Origin: a virus
Taxonomy: Duplodnaviria; Caudoviricetes
IMG/VR virus record: IMGVR_UViG_2597489997_000001
Coordinates: 160,001 to 224,000 of that record
Strand: one strand, 5' to 3'
DNA: 64,000 nt
Shown here: positions 41,101 to 47,821 of the stretch, piece after piece
Numbering within the stretch: position 1 is the first letter of the stretch
Layout of the letters: each line of letters starts with the position of its first letter
Made by a program: the position numbers and the translations under genes
The notes under the pieces: generated by a model
The model's input: the letters and a program-made list of their open reading frames with translations, nothing else
Database searches by the model: none
Told to the model about the DNA's origin: nothing

Positions 41101-41389
41101 CCTCAAGGATCTCTTTAATGGTAACGCGTTTAACTTCAACGTCAGCACGAGCAAAGCCAGTCTTACGAGATACGATACAAACACGGACGATACCATCCGG
41201 AAATGAGATTGGGTCTTCAATAACAAGATCACCCGCAATCAAACCGGTGTAACGTTGCCGAGCAAGTTCTAACTCGTCATTAGGATCATCGATCTCAAGG
41301 TCAGCAATACGCTGCTTCAGATATTTGATCACAGGAGTGAATAAAGGATCTTTAATCACTTTACTGTTGGTTCTTGTAATAATCGCCAT
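29150..41389 (-). CDS. giant Ig-like repeat virion fibre protein with N-terminal anchor domain
   Basis: 4079 aa; about 12 copies of a WDxGxxPF...FxxxxWDG domain interleaved with two other domain types. Confidence 0.85.
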   Translation of the reverse strand: MAIITRTNSKVIKDPLFTPVIKYLKQRIADLEIDDPNDELELARQRYTGLIAGDLVIEDPISFPDGIVRVCIVSRKTGFARADVEVKRVTIKEILEDFAVPFVEINDVDELKAYAKANDDVEATLLWLTYKNTYGVLLNQENAKTMSGMQKAFGGLFFNTYTSTRESLTSIDYDTLESGTVKVTDPAFGMGEFPLFIYELVKAEAMLPEITSNLPTEITSSRGKDFNIPNTYWFGGVEDITMTAQVDITTDSGYTIPRRSDDKLSIEGETIFGATDKEVTDFIVVRVTHMYMGRPVKKTFRIKVIIEKDEQLDLTFVVTPAEITASKGDVVEVNVQAFFQGNPVTLNIPATEFESKKKYGNLAYVETLPDGSMTYRGAITGNLPVNWDKDTELYRADFQYSDSGTLYKAPAFVNMIVVKPEVKPSFRVTSIMTSLRGYKDEEGLMIIQAVYGLPDEEEPQVVSPKELGIKLGVKGDKRLIEFLEVTDEGVRFKLLRDSDIDGQSILDSFRQTLTWVDPRGVRYAPEYTINVEVKRRSVYEVVPGPTPLFVDRYQTGKTTFTFMLNGENQTELVKNLAVVGDNGYIYNEPKAPNTWRVLQASKTEDTPVKVEFEFFVVIDGVNTRFTFEQDFVVRKYTQGGGGEDGENTLVVAVPSSFSITGKTDEKGKLEFKVFEEGVDISELVGIVDANSSVPEQLKFNALKFNDATGNLELDYTKMKAGTGAGRYAFAKKEILVPAPEQRGVVLFSAVIEQARTFKVIEWPTNLAMNVEEEGQFKPVFEFAGVNVPLNDPILKITKTKVSDVEIISREEDHLRVIDNLWRFVGRTYNVGTELTIEYTDPLNPVNTFKQVLIMPALITFPPLRLEYDKQPIDAKIWDTGSFPIKLMAGTKDWTTGTRTVTVPGGNTYISVNRYNWSVTWAEKTAITTTVPLKITWEVGESKGEFMTDAVFNLAEWDQITFGIDYDPKAIDVKSSEGGEIVANFVYKGNDVTDKIELVLASSTIPETIKLLDNGMFVEGKGFVINYTTTRGGEYPMNLVFKRTEGSETISAPITTKVQWPDGLNVVTAPETFKGFYKDQIEYPLVLNVSGSPIELTNANLSVTFDAGDADPISVVEMRGESLLLSLDAGGDEDTDYTYPTTITLVWNDVGTGQPQTVVLDQVGTIRISRVEIQRNPVENVNVYDYGDIKIRLADERGLNVEIQEYVPRGTSPYIAFEEPQGWYVVQGSKTQPIEASLPLTLTYDNGGLRRTIDASVLFDIAKFDGIDYKGEVAPLKLDGKAGMAGDLQFEFTYKGKPYTESVLDDTNTVIPKNLAVLPYDPETGKVTYTLVGQAEDTAKFVFKMATAGATPVEGMDQLTLTVPVKSVSSDEVFTLGDHGDKTEMFWKGTDLLTLNLKYGEYDLPANAPGLKYTITGLNGAGDNYVSVGGKSSNGIYIKGERSNVPGGIETFNFVLDIEYEVGAPTPKTASFNFTAKITMGEVEVTNNDDYHAVNIWDKGSFWQGLKTPESAVAIDHFELVTPDNRYVELTPPRGYEIIGAEPTTGNQVIPMRAYYKVDAVAELQVIAFEATFRITGSTSVRFKVIATPSKIETGIDSDVTLSFRPVYKDQNVGSRATFKQDLSTIPAQVEVKQAIVNGILHEITFTGKKGGVAQTKVVFWSPDAGTNPKPRDVVELTLDTRVLGELTLEVGERDNLLTGTHKDTGTYKLELLFGLLPLDIQKEIAAGNLTITRETGASTMPNAFVLNPKTWHADSFDYELFGPVAPGQTVNVSDFLNVTYRFGGTNYTRRIEIPMSYTTPKPTALSGNTFGSSVTPKTMWSSQVVSPILTCADTTIVNTTYPLQRIDYTETGKGKYVWIDNTLTRQCTVEGSEVGGIANQVVPFRFYATYRNWEYTADIDTFWWVEPWDGRTFRVAFTAGNPATPNVDTDFTFTVSQRYRATIQTTNLIDETLTDWKGLMEVKSVTTNGTTTTYTCRALDPGKETIPITFRRAGGPTPGVADLDYAVVNFDLEIVTPPLVITGLTNPILAGNQDIRSSGNNRVVLSGKSIPLNDPDLTITPANEDIFRITARSATDMTYEITAPLDKPKEIFGTLLEFVYTNPATNRVHKGTAEQRVQIQDPDDYPRWQPRSGGFSIYDSLYKSVKIPNWIRANGVDISEQCQFLTLTPTPDQFGWMILNPDFPATSKNQLFIIGKAPGDTAGSYKDHVFTFKAPFRGGWVDGTAAIDTNWNWPGPIAQFTCTPNTFTQLTKKVGEEFEVPFGLALYGKPHLTGYLAVDETKTANLNEPLTKYFEVMGQRVDAGITYLKLKTKLSYNGVMNFVWYTELLPAEEGRDAVNRVKPAVTMTPELETVPNPGDPKLVFRRYNLPFKVMSGDVDITATDVTLISVAGPNGIIGDENTEAVAKLNVGTAGASAGSWGGVAWTAGPTWLLLKCDVADSEVELTFKVRTSARYGTKDLTVVQKVSTVAWDQIQFKIEVQTLQAFHQNVGGQAKPAVYDQDGNLIIAFPYSAADSYSGSVVLVGRALGANYVPNTLVATNAPISNASALVNQSKINSTSDGIYTWKSGGGNGTSVNAQLKANKVGEHLGKLGLEWNWNSANTSPINGYPLGTDKKNSAEIPVKYVAFDPKLTWKDDLPPAEVSGAYQASVKVPTNGLMFGPAIQVNMAGNTAGETFTVTSLNTALATISTGTNDKGLDFFTIKIAYNNTGSDIETVLPIRLSWSPVSGRTYTLEYDQKVLIKGTGGVDPVPEIVEITPQTTRMYKSGGAAGFKVSYQGQVITPTYTTGWMNDAVLESDGYLEYKKDPSALWTCVKADPTEKQLTAKYIFTFTDGVRSFPMEAEVPFTIEAWDGKDLVVTNFSGVGNRQIPYNQTGGMSLLLEYKGRSVSMNNLSTWDIPKAEFEQLNPGLQFATRGSNSPANWGVFSFKVISQFIGKVRYPVYYTGPDADPDPEKNKVIIEETSEMVGYEEKLYWFPDNIPPVQVEGKKDDIVDIPIPLSMGLNIERNSLPGAQSNQFGFSVLTNGTLVEVLKTAAPVTPTTARIKILADNRGEDQVIVVKMRLNLPYYNARLINATIEWDQEVLIKGTGAGDTTIPKNITNPTVDVWQIGAALFDIEHNGKAVSLNQYKSVTVKQNDYVRTNPDYNPANPRTVVWEVYNGTAAGVVTPVTFIAVFNDGFKDVTLEVTSQFTIRPYDGKEFAVELHTPNAFNGGMVTTVGAQGTFYVKGSYRTRAMVAADLGVKYGVWAKNITMPGHTLKLQGAGAGASPSFQPVYTTAGATDMMASEDGYFLFGLLSKENDPNAVENVDYVKVKLPCYVYYSDKYYPRTDVVQPTAVEGRYSPTNALKYPLAFSIRYGLTPVVLTHGGASWVKGPLITSNGANVTTTQISVWFESELTTDPKITKDALIGFGKVGGEDKFAWFTVAATQISNITFPEVEDVQEVTASLGDTGPLPFKVTLDGVDKTSTVTLTTISANDYIGLVDGKWQVLNAPAADTDVVVKMTVSVPSGASAVNLSTDVTFHLKAWDGNFIVTDVKSIDGKVWDKGTELPFKVKTAIGGNEIPAKWITGISVVSPNNRVEAGPLITKPWKIIAGDQTQAVTEEVTYTITVNSGKVTKSPTQKVLFNIGKYDGIELVLRVTGDGNNGNTMAVSSGGGNNATLRVAGIYKGEPVSSLTHVALGQGGSMSGPTVYAGTGPALIYQFTPNRNAHAASWIDVTAKVTGSTDPKQQAKIRVPISIYSSPAYIFIEGPNAVTGKLGDELTVNVIGYTSNTRLDYSEAKNGITFLPAGVIEYVPGSGKVDSFKVRFLADVDSAVHTVISTTVAAKTPPIYSGKFDLSVTQQPAATPEITDVQDVVAKIWDKGELPFKVMFKGNDITADCTLTGISANSYVRKGEGNTWEVYDAATAESTVMPEFTVTYGTGIDLVTLKQTVKFTVKGWNGKLLKPVAEDSVGVVGKTGQIHIGGSFGDGKLYPDTTVDIATIDGKGIITVTKVEKATDDGLLLTYTGDVVGTEDITVRVKAIVDSGNAIEGSDFADVTLNVRILPATLTPSDDFETDVIGDVYHPATVKQSVSA

Positions 41390-41468
41390 GTTGGTCGATT
41401 CCTATATAAGTTGATATACTCTACACTAGTGTTTGAAGCAAAGTATTCGATACCCAGCACAGAAATAC

Positions 41469-41499
41469 AGAGTCTACCGGGGATGACCCGGTAGACTCT
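41469..41499 (-). terminator. terminator hairpin
   Basis: AGAGTCTACCGGG-GATGA-CCCGGTAGACTCT, after the 1265-aa gene. Confidence 0.75.
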
Positions 41500-41508
41500 T
41501 ATATTAAG

Positions 41509-44500
41509 TTACACTTTTAATTTAAGCGTGGTTGGTTTATTAGCCTTACCAGATCGCACTTCAAGTTGAACTTCGAACTCAACCGGATGAGGGGGTGGGT
41601 ACTTAACTATCTTAATCGTTAATGTACGAGCCACAGAGTTAGATGAAACAGTCAGTCCAGCAAATGTACCAGACTGAGTAATGACCTTCCCAGAAACGTC
41701 CTCAGGTCCAATCTGAGTACCTTCATAAGTCGCTGGATAAACGTACACAACTTCGGTATCGGTTATCTGAACTTTAGGTGTTCCTAACACAAGACGGTTG
41801 TACGGTTTATTGATTCCGTAAACAATCACGTCTGCTTCATAACTAACACCGTCTTTGCTAATACCGCGAACTTTATGATGGACATCTTGTTTGTCATTCA
41901 GGAAGACGATAAACTCACCGTAAACCAGATTGGTAACAGGATCGATAGCCAGCTTACCTTTAGCCAATCTTACATCCTTGGAGGCAGTCCATATTACATC
42001 GCTAAGTTCATTACCCATATTGGTCCAGTATATTCTCAGGACATCCGTCTTAGGGATTATCTCGGAATATACTTGTTGGGTATAACCAACGTTATCTGTG
42101 TTAGCATAACCGGATCTCAGAATAACTTGGTTAGGTGCGCCTTCGATGCTCAGAGCGATATCAAATAGAATAGCTTCGGCATCCACACCAACCTTCTGAT
42201 TAAGTTTTAGAGTATCGCCAATTTGGACCAAATCAATAGGTTCCACTTTAGCTTTCTCACCACCAAACAGATAGTTGATCTTTTCGATCTTAGCAACACC
42301 CACTGAATTACCACGGGTATTCTTCAAGTCATAAGTAAATTCGAATGACCGAGTCGCATTATCCCATACTGGTTTCTTTGTGACCTCAACTGAAAACTTT
42401 GGTTCTTGAGGGGCCGAGCTCTCAATTACACCATCGAAAGAGATAGGGTAAACAGTAGTGTCCGGAGTAGGGAGCATGAATACGTTATTACCTGCGTAAT
42501 ACATATCCTTGCCACGGTTAATTACGGCAGGGAACTTAATGGTGAGTTCATTGCCCACTTGGTTCCACGATGCTACTGGTTCACCAGGAAGGTTATTCAC
42601 TTGCTCTTTCCAGATGCGCTGATTCATACTAATGTATTCAGCAGGAATAGAAGACCAGTCGCCAATCACCCAAGTAACTTCCAATGGTCTAGCTAGATCG
42701 TCACCTATCTTCATGCTTTTGAATTCAGCACGACCAGGAACATTATACTGCTCTTTAAATTCCAGAGTCAGTGTGTTCTTCTGGTCAACGATAAGTGATA
42801 ACGCTCCTTCGAGCACCTGAGATTTCAGTGGGTCATCCAGACGAATACGAATAGCGAAGGTTTTAAGTTCATCCACTGCGCGCATACTGACCAGTGTAGC
42901 GCCAGGGATATTAACATCGCCCAAGGTTACACTTTTGCTTTCACCTAGGTCATGTCTAACCACGCCAACACATATTTCTGTGTATCGGGTGCCCGACAAA
43001 ACAGGATGTGCTAAACCAGCATATTCTAATTCAGCCTCAAACTTAGGCTCTTGTTTGAATTCTACCGTAGCAAGTTTATCAGAGAAGTCAGTGACGTTAG
43101 TATCAGCAAAGCGAATATCAAGGGAGTAGTTACTTCCTGACCAATCCAGCTTACCTAACTCAACGGTCATTGTCACAGCGCCATTCTTAAATGCAAAATC
43201 AGAATAGTTGCGGATTCCCTTGTGTGGATAAATCTCTTCCACGCTCACTACGTCGGTGATGTTAGCTGTGGGCATCCCATCCGGAGTACGCAAACCGAAT
43301 GACAGCCTTACCCTATTACCATCTAACAGTTCAGATTTAACACCCGATACTAAATAAGGGTAGAAGTCAGAACCTATGGTAACATTGGTCTTAACTGACA
43401 TCGGAGGTAATCCATAATCAGGGGTATTGATCAGAGCTGTAAATTCAAACTCGTCTTTCATACCGCTTGGGATAACGTCAACGTAATAAGTCAGATTACC
43501 CTCTTCACTAGAGTACTCCCACTTTTTGACTAACACTCTTCCATTAGGGGTTGAGACTTCATTAGCCATTGTTACGTTGATTGGGTGCGTTCCATCTTCC
43601 CACTGTAGCTTGGTTGTTACGCCAAGAGTATTGTCATTGACCAGCTTAGACATCACTGGGGTAGAAGTTAATTCACCCTCACCGGGTTTCAGGAATAGCT
43701 CAACCTCATCGCTGAAAATAATAGAGCGACAGTTATCAGAAGCAAAAACAAGTCGACCACCGAGAAGTTTCTTAACAGGTCTAAGAGTACGAGCCGCCCC
43801 TCTGAACGTAATCTTAACCACGTTCGCACCAAGATGTTCGAGTTCTGTTTCATACTGAGAACCTTTATTCTCGGCAAGTTTAACTGTGCCGATTGGGTAC
43901 CCTCTTGAAAGTATGAGGGTCTCAACAACATCAGCTGTTTTGATTTCAGTGGCGATCGAATCGATAGCGAGGGATTTCAACACTACTTTCATATCGTAAA
44001 GGAAATCATTTCCTCTAAAGCTATAAATACCTAATGCTGAGAATTCGACATCACGACTATCATCTTGGCGGACATTCCACTGAAGGACTGTCTTGCCTTC
44101 TACAGATTTAACTGATGGAGATAAGATATCTCCCAGACCACGTGAAGTGAATGCATTACGCTGGTAATCATTCAACAGCGAAATAGGAACATTCAGTCCA
44201 GTTTCATCCGAAGTAACTGTAATCGGCAGATTGATTGTTTCGCCTTTAAAGAAAGGGGTACCGTACGCAATCTTACATTTTACTTGCTTAGGTGGGATCT
44301 GAACCAGCAGGCTAACAAAGTGAGGATCGAACTCATCGGCTGTGACTAACATACCCAGCTCATAATCCATTTTAATTAGATTATTTTCATTCACTTTAAT
44401 AGATGCACGAAGATCACCAGTAAGAGGATTGTAATCCACTTTAGAGACCTTAACAGAACCACTTGGTACATTGGTAGCCGATTTCAGAGTAAGCGGTATA

Positions 44501-45306
44501 GAGAGCTTCTCAGGGGGTTTACCTGTCGTACCCCAACGGAAGTTAGCTACAAATGTTAAAAGACCCTTTTCAATAAACCCACCAACCACACGAGACCGAA
44601 TCGTTCTGCTGCGAGGTACGGGACTTTTGACTTTAACATTGGTCGTGGTTTTAGTTTCTTCAACCGCTACTGGGAATTGGACATCGACATCAACCATGTT
44701 GCCCGTAAGCTTATCCATTTTGATGTTGACTGTTAGCTCACCGAGATTACTATCCCAAGTGTGCCAAACACCAGGACCGCTTACATCTACCCAAGCTCGT
44801 TTAGTTGGGCGACCGTCATCACGGGTGACACCAAGAACTACCTTTAATACCTCATCCGTAATACTGGATGAGATTCTCGTGACTTTAGGACCCAACTCGA
44901 GTTTGGACATGCGAGTCTTGAAAGTCAGTGTTGCGGTGTTGTCAGGAGTTTCAACAACCGTCTCGAACAGATATTCTAATACCTGGTCACTATTAGCGGA
45001 AGGTTGGATTTCCATAGTGAATGCAAACAAACCGCTCTCAGGTTTCCAATCAAACCAAATAGGGTATTTGGTTTTGTCTTTTGCATTAACCGTATTAATG
45101 AATGGGGTACGGACCACTGTCCCTTCTGGGATGGATCCTGTATCGTGTTTGATAATAGCGTGAAATGTTACTTGGTCTTTCTTGCTATTGGTTTCTACCT
45201 TTAACAGTTGGACCGAGAACGGTTCATTGGGATCTATCCCAACGCTACTCTCGTGACTAATGTTCATACCAGCTCCTGGAGTAAAGAATCGTCTAAGGAC
45301 GGACAT
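41509..45306 (-). CDS. beta-rich repeat protein, probable virion structural/fibre protein
   Basis: 1265 aa; recurring (Y/W)(D/N)xxxGxL motif. Confidence 0.75.
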   Translation of the reverse strand: MSVLRRFFTPGAGMNISHESSVGIDPNEPFSVQLLKVETNSKKDQVTFHAIIKHDTGSIPEGTVVRTPFINTVNAKDKTKYPIWFDWKPESGLFAFTMEIQPSANSDQVLEYLFETVVETPDNTATLTFKTRMSKLELGPKVTRISSSITDEVLKVVLGVTRDDGRPTKRAWVDVSGPGVWHTWDSNLGELTVNIKMDKLTGNMVDVDVQFPVAVEETKTTTNVKVKSPVPRSRTIRSRVVGGFIEKGLLTFVANFRWGTTGKPPEKLSIPLTLKSATNVPSGSVKVSKVDYNPLTGDLRASIKVNENNLIKMDYELGMLVTADEFDPHFVSLLVQIPPKQVKCKIAYGTPFFKGETINLPITVTSDETGLNVPISLLNDYQRNAFTSRGLGDILSPSVKSVEGKTVLQWNVRQDDSRDVEFSALGIYSFRGNDFLYDMKVVLKSLAIDSIATEIKTADVVETLILSRGYPIGTVKLAENKGSQYETELEHLGANVVKITFRGAARTLRPVKKLLGGRLVFASDNCRSIIFSDEVELFLKPGEGELTSTPVMSKLVNDNTLGVTTKLQWEDGTHPINVTMANEVSTPNGRVLVKKWEYSSEEGNLTYYVDVIPSGMKDEFEFTALINTPDYGLPPMSVKTNVTIGSDFYPYLVSGVKSELLDGNRVRLSFGLRTPDGMPTANITDVVSVEEIYPHKGIRNYSDFAFKNGAVTMTVELGKLDWSGSNYSLDIRFADTNVTDFSDKLATVEFKQEPKFEAELEYAGLAHPVLSGTRYTEICVGVVRHDLGESKSVTLGDVNIPGATLVSMRAVDELKTFAIRIRLDDPLKSQVLEGALSLIVDQKNTLTLEFKEQYNVPGRAEFKSMKIGDDLARPLEVTWVIGDWSSIPAEYISMNQRIWKEQVNNLPGEPVASWNQVGNELTIKFPAVINRGKDMYYAGNNVFMLPTPDTTVYPISFDGVIESSAPQEPKFSVEVTKKPVWDNATRSFEFTYDLKNTRGNSVGVAKIEKINYLFGGEKAKVEPIDLVQIGDTLKLNQKVGVDAEAILFDIALSIEGAPNQVILRSGYANTDNVGYTQQVYSEIIPKTDVLRIYWTNMGNELSDVIWTASKDVRLAKGKLAIDPVTNLVYGEFIVFLNDKQDVHHKVRGISKDGVSYEADVIVYGINKPYNRLVLGTPKVQITDTEVVYVYPATYEGTQIGPEDVSGKVITQSGTFAGLTVSSNSVARTLTIKIVKYPPPHPVEFEVQLEVRSGKANKPTTLKLKV

Positions 45307-45348
45307 AGAATCTGAGAGCCACAGCCCCCAGATTCTAGTTGTAGTCTT

Positions 45349-47484
45349 TTATGAGTGCGGATAAGTCGCAGTGTGGAAGTACACACTGGTCAAATCATCT
45401 TGGTTACTAAAATAGAGACGATAATAGGTTTCGTTAGGATCCCAACCGATTAAACAGTAGAAGGTAACTGTTCTTTCATTTGGATTCTCTCTGCCCGATA
45501 TCCAGCCTGTTGTCAGACTGTCATTCCCGTAATTATAATCACGTTCCACAATCACTTTATCAGAAGTGATGCCGCCCTCAGGAAGTCTAAGGGTAAATTG
45601 CATCATTTTCTTTTCTGGATCGAACTGAGCAGTTATCTCGCCTACATCAACAGGGGTATATGTGAATTCGGTATCTATATCTACCTGTTCACCATTGACC
45701 TCTAATGTCACTCGTGTCAATCCACTCGCTGGGCGGTTGTAATCGACAATGTGCATATCCAGTACGGCAGCTGTACCAACGCCATCAGAGATAGGGGATA
45801 TATTACTGATGCTACTCCATATACCAGGCATCAGGTTCTTATTCTTCCACGTCGCTTGACCGTCAGTGATTCCATTTGCTTTGATCAGTTTGAATACACC
45901 ACGCTTACGGTAACGAGTCATACGTTCCCAGTTCACCACTACACCTTCTGGACCAGTATATCCATATCGATGTTCGAACCAGGTGGATGGTTGTTTAATG
46001 TATTCGTAAGCAGTAACTTTGACTGTACTCAATACCGTTTGAACATCCACTTCCGATAAGTTAGTGAATTTTAGTTCATACCCTTCGGTTGTTTGAGTTA
46101 TGTTGAATCTTTCACCAGATGTTTCATTCATTAACACCGTAGCATCGAAACCGATTCTTCCTTTGATTGGAGTTCTGGCTGGGTCGTTAAAGGTAATGGC
46201 TACTTTGGCTTTAAACAGATATTCCACTTCTGTTTTCTCAAGGGGTTCAGGAATAGCAATGATTCCAGTCGCACCTTCAGGCCAATTAAGATATCTGGCA
46301 CCACTACCAATTATCCAGTTAGAGGTATCACCATTTGCACCGTCAACTAAGAATGAGACATTAAACTCACCCAACTCATTAAACCCAGGACCATCAGTTA
46401 CCACAGTCAGTCGATCACTACTACCTGATAAACTAGTGACTACGGCTTCAAGATGAATATCTTCACCGCCTTCATTGTAGTCATAGAAGATCTTACCAGG
46501 TATTGTTAAGGTATTGGCCTGTACACCACCACCGAACCAATATTGACCTTGGATCTGTTTCCATACCGAAAGGTTACCGCAAGACATTGAGTTCCAGTTT
46601 GGTGGACTGTGATCAAATGACTTATCGAATTCAAACTCGACACCGTTGACAGTAACCTTTCCCTTTATCTCACGCTTGCCAGGATAGAAAGCCTTACGCT
46701 TTAATGTGAGTTTGAGTTTTGCAGTTTTACCATCTGGATTGATAACGAGTTCATCCGCATCAAAGTCAGGATGGGTGGCTGCAAGAACCCATTCAGCACC
46801 TTCAAGTTTCTTACCCAAAGTAAAGGTGAGTGTCGAGATACCAGCGACCATTTGTGAACGAGTGACGGTCATGTCATCTTCATCAGGTCCTATTGGACGA
46901 TACTGGTCTCTGATATACAGAGCGGCGTTCTGTATACCGAGTGAAAGGTCCTCAACAGAAACACTACCTGATGTCATGGACTCCGGATCATAATCAGCGG
47001 TTAATGCCCTGATCTTATCGAACTGGATATTCCCTAACAAATCAGGGATGGTGTTGATTAATGCTTCGGTTTGGATGATAACCCCAAACGTTTGATTCCA
47101 GTCGTTATAAATAACATAGGAATCAACATCTTGCTTATTGGACAATACCGCTCTTAGATCGTCCTGAGTTTCCATAATTGGAACATGAACTTCGAACTCG
47201 TCCAACATTTGTTTAAAGGTAACTGGGAAAATCTCAAGATCGTATCGTGCAAATCCTCGGTGGCGTGCAACGAAACATACTTGTAATCTTCCATCGGGGA
47301 AAGGACAAATAGATTCTATTTGAATATCTCTATATCCCATTCCACCATAACGCTTGACACATTGATCATACATGGCTTGGTTACCTTCAGCCAGGTATTT
47401 ATCCTGTATCTTCTTAAGCGCTATCTTAACACATGGCCAAGCAGGGTACTTGAGCAGTGTCGTAGAATCAAACACTTTATCCAT
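45349..47484 (-). CDS. structural protein with the same N-terminal anchor domain as the 4079-aa protein
   Basis: ATG 47484 after GGAG; KRYGG..D..IE...FPDG...CFV.R..GFAR.D motif. Confidence 0.75.
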   Translation of the reverse strand: MDKVFDSTTLLKYPAWPCVKIALKKIQDKYLAEGNQAMYDQCVKRYGGMGYRDIQIESICPFPDGRLQVCFVARHRGFARYDLEIFPVTFKQMLDEFEVHVPIMETQDDLRAVLSNKQDVDSYVIYNDWNQTFGVIIQTEALINTIPDLLGNIQFDKIRALTADYDPESMTSGSVSVEDLSLGIQNAALYIRDQYRPIGPDEDDMTVTRSQMVAGISTLTFTLGKKLEGAEWVLAATHPDFDADELVINPDGKTAKLKLTLKRKAFYPGKREIKGKVTVNGVEFEFDKSFDHSPPNWNSMSCGNLSVWKQIQGQYWFGGGVQANTLTIPGKIFYDYNEGGEDIHLEAVVTSLSGSSDRLTVVTDGPGFNELGEFNVSFLVDGANGDTSNWIIGSGARYLNWPEGATGIIAIPEPLEKTEVEYLFKAKVAITFNDPARTPIKGRIGFDATVLMNETSGERFNITQTTEGYELKFTNLSEVDVQTVLSTVKVTAYEYIKQPSTWFEHRYGYTGPEGVVVNWERMTRYRKRGVFKLIKANGITDGQATWKNKNLMPGIWSSISNISPISDGVGTAAVLDMHIVDYNRPASGLTRVTLEVNGEQVDIDTEFTYTPVDVGEITAQFDPEKKMMQFTLRLPEGGITSDKVIVERDYNYGNDSLTTGWISGRENPNERTVTFYCLIGWDPNETYYRLYFSNQDDLTSVYFHTATYPHS

Positions 47485-47530
47485 CTTTACAACTCCAGAT
47501 TGGTTGTTGGTTACCCAAGGGGCATAGGAT

Positions 47531-47560
47531 CCTCCCACACCCCGTTAGGGATGCAGGAGG
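47531..47560 (-). terminator. 13-bp hairpin after yfaE, with CATAG/CTATG flanks
   Basis: - strand CCUCCUGCAUCCC-UAAC-GGGGUGUGGGAGG (three G-U pairs fix the strand). Confidence 0.65.
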
Positions 47561-47566
47561 CTATGG

Positions 47567-47821
47567 TTACAGGTCTATCTCAATATCACCCTTGGGCTTT
47601 ACACAACAAGGTAGGATCTCACCTTTGTTAATGAATGCTAGTGGTTCTCTTATCCATGTCACTTCTCCTTTGAGAAGCTTGCAACGACAAGAACCACAAT
47701 AACCTTCACGACATTGGTACTCCACCTCTACCTGATTGGCCTCTAGGGCAGCAAGTAAAGAAGGATGTTCTCCTTTTACTTCAACTTCTTTATCTAGCTT
47801 AAATAGCTTGATCAGACTCAT
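47567..47821 (-). CDS. yfaE: 2Fe-2S ferredoxin, RNR beta maintenance protein
   Basis: EHPSLLAALE...EYQCREGYCGSCR...EPLAFI..GEILPCC closely matches E. coli YfaE; overlaps the nrdB stop. Confidence 0.92.
   Translation of the reverse strand: MSLIKLFKLDKEVEVKGEHPSLLAALEANQVEVEYQCREGYCGSCRCKLLKGEVTWIREPLAFINKGEILPCCVKPKGDIEIDL

Noticed and set aside
44471-45163. 230-aa + strand ORF and many other 60-190 aa ORFs opposite the giant genes
   Set aside because: Antisense shadows of long coding frames with no RBS and unnatural composition.
18346-47484. Diversity-generating retroelement or invertase shufflon acting on fibre genes
   Set aside because: No reverse transcriptase, recombinase or near-identical DNA repeats were seen in this window; similarity is at protein level only.
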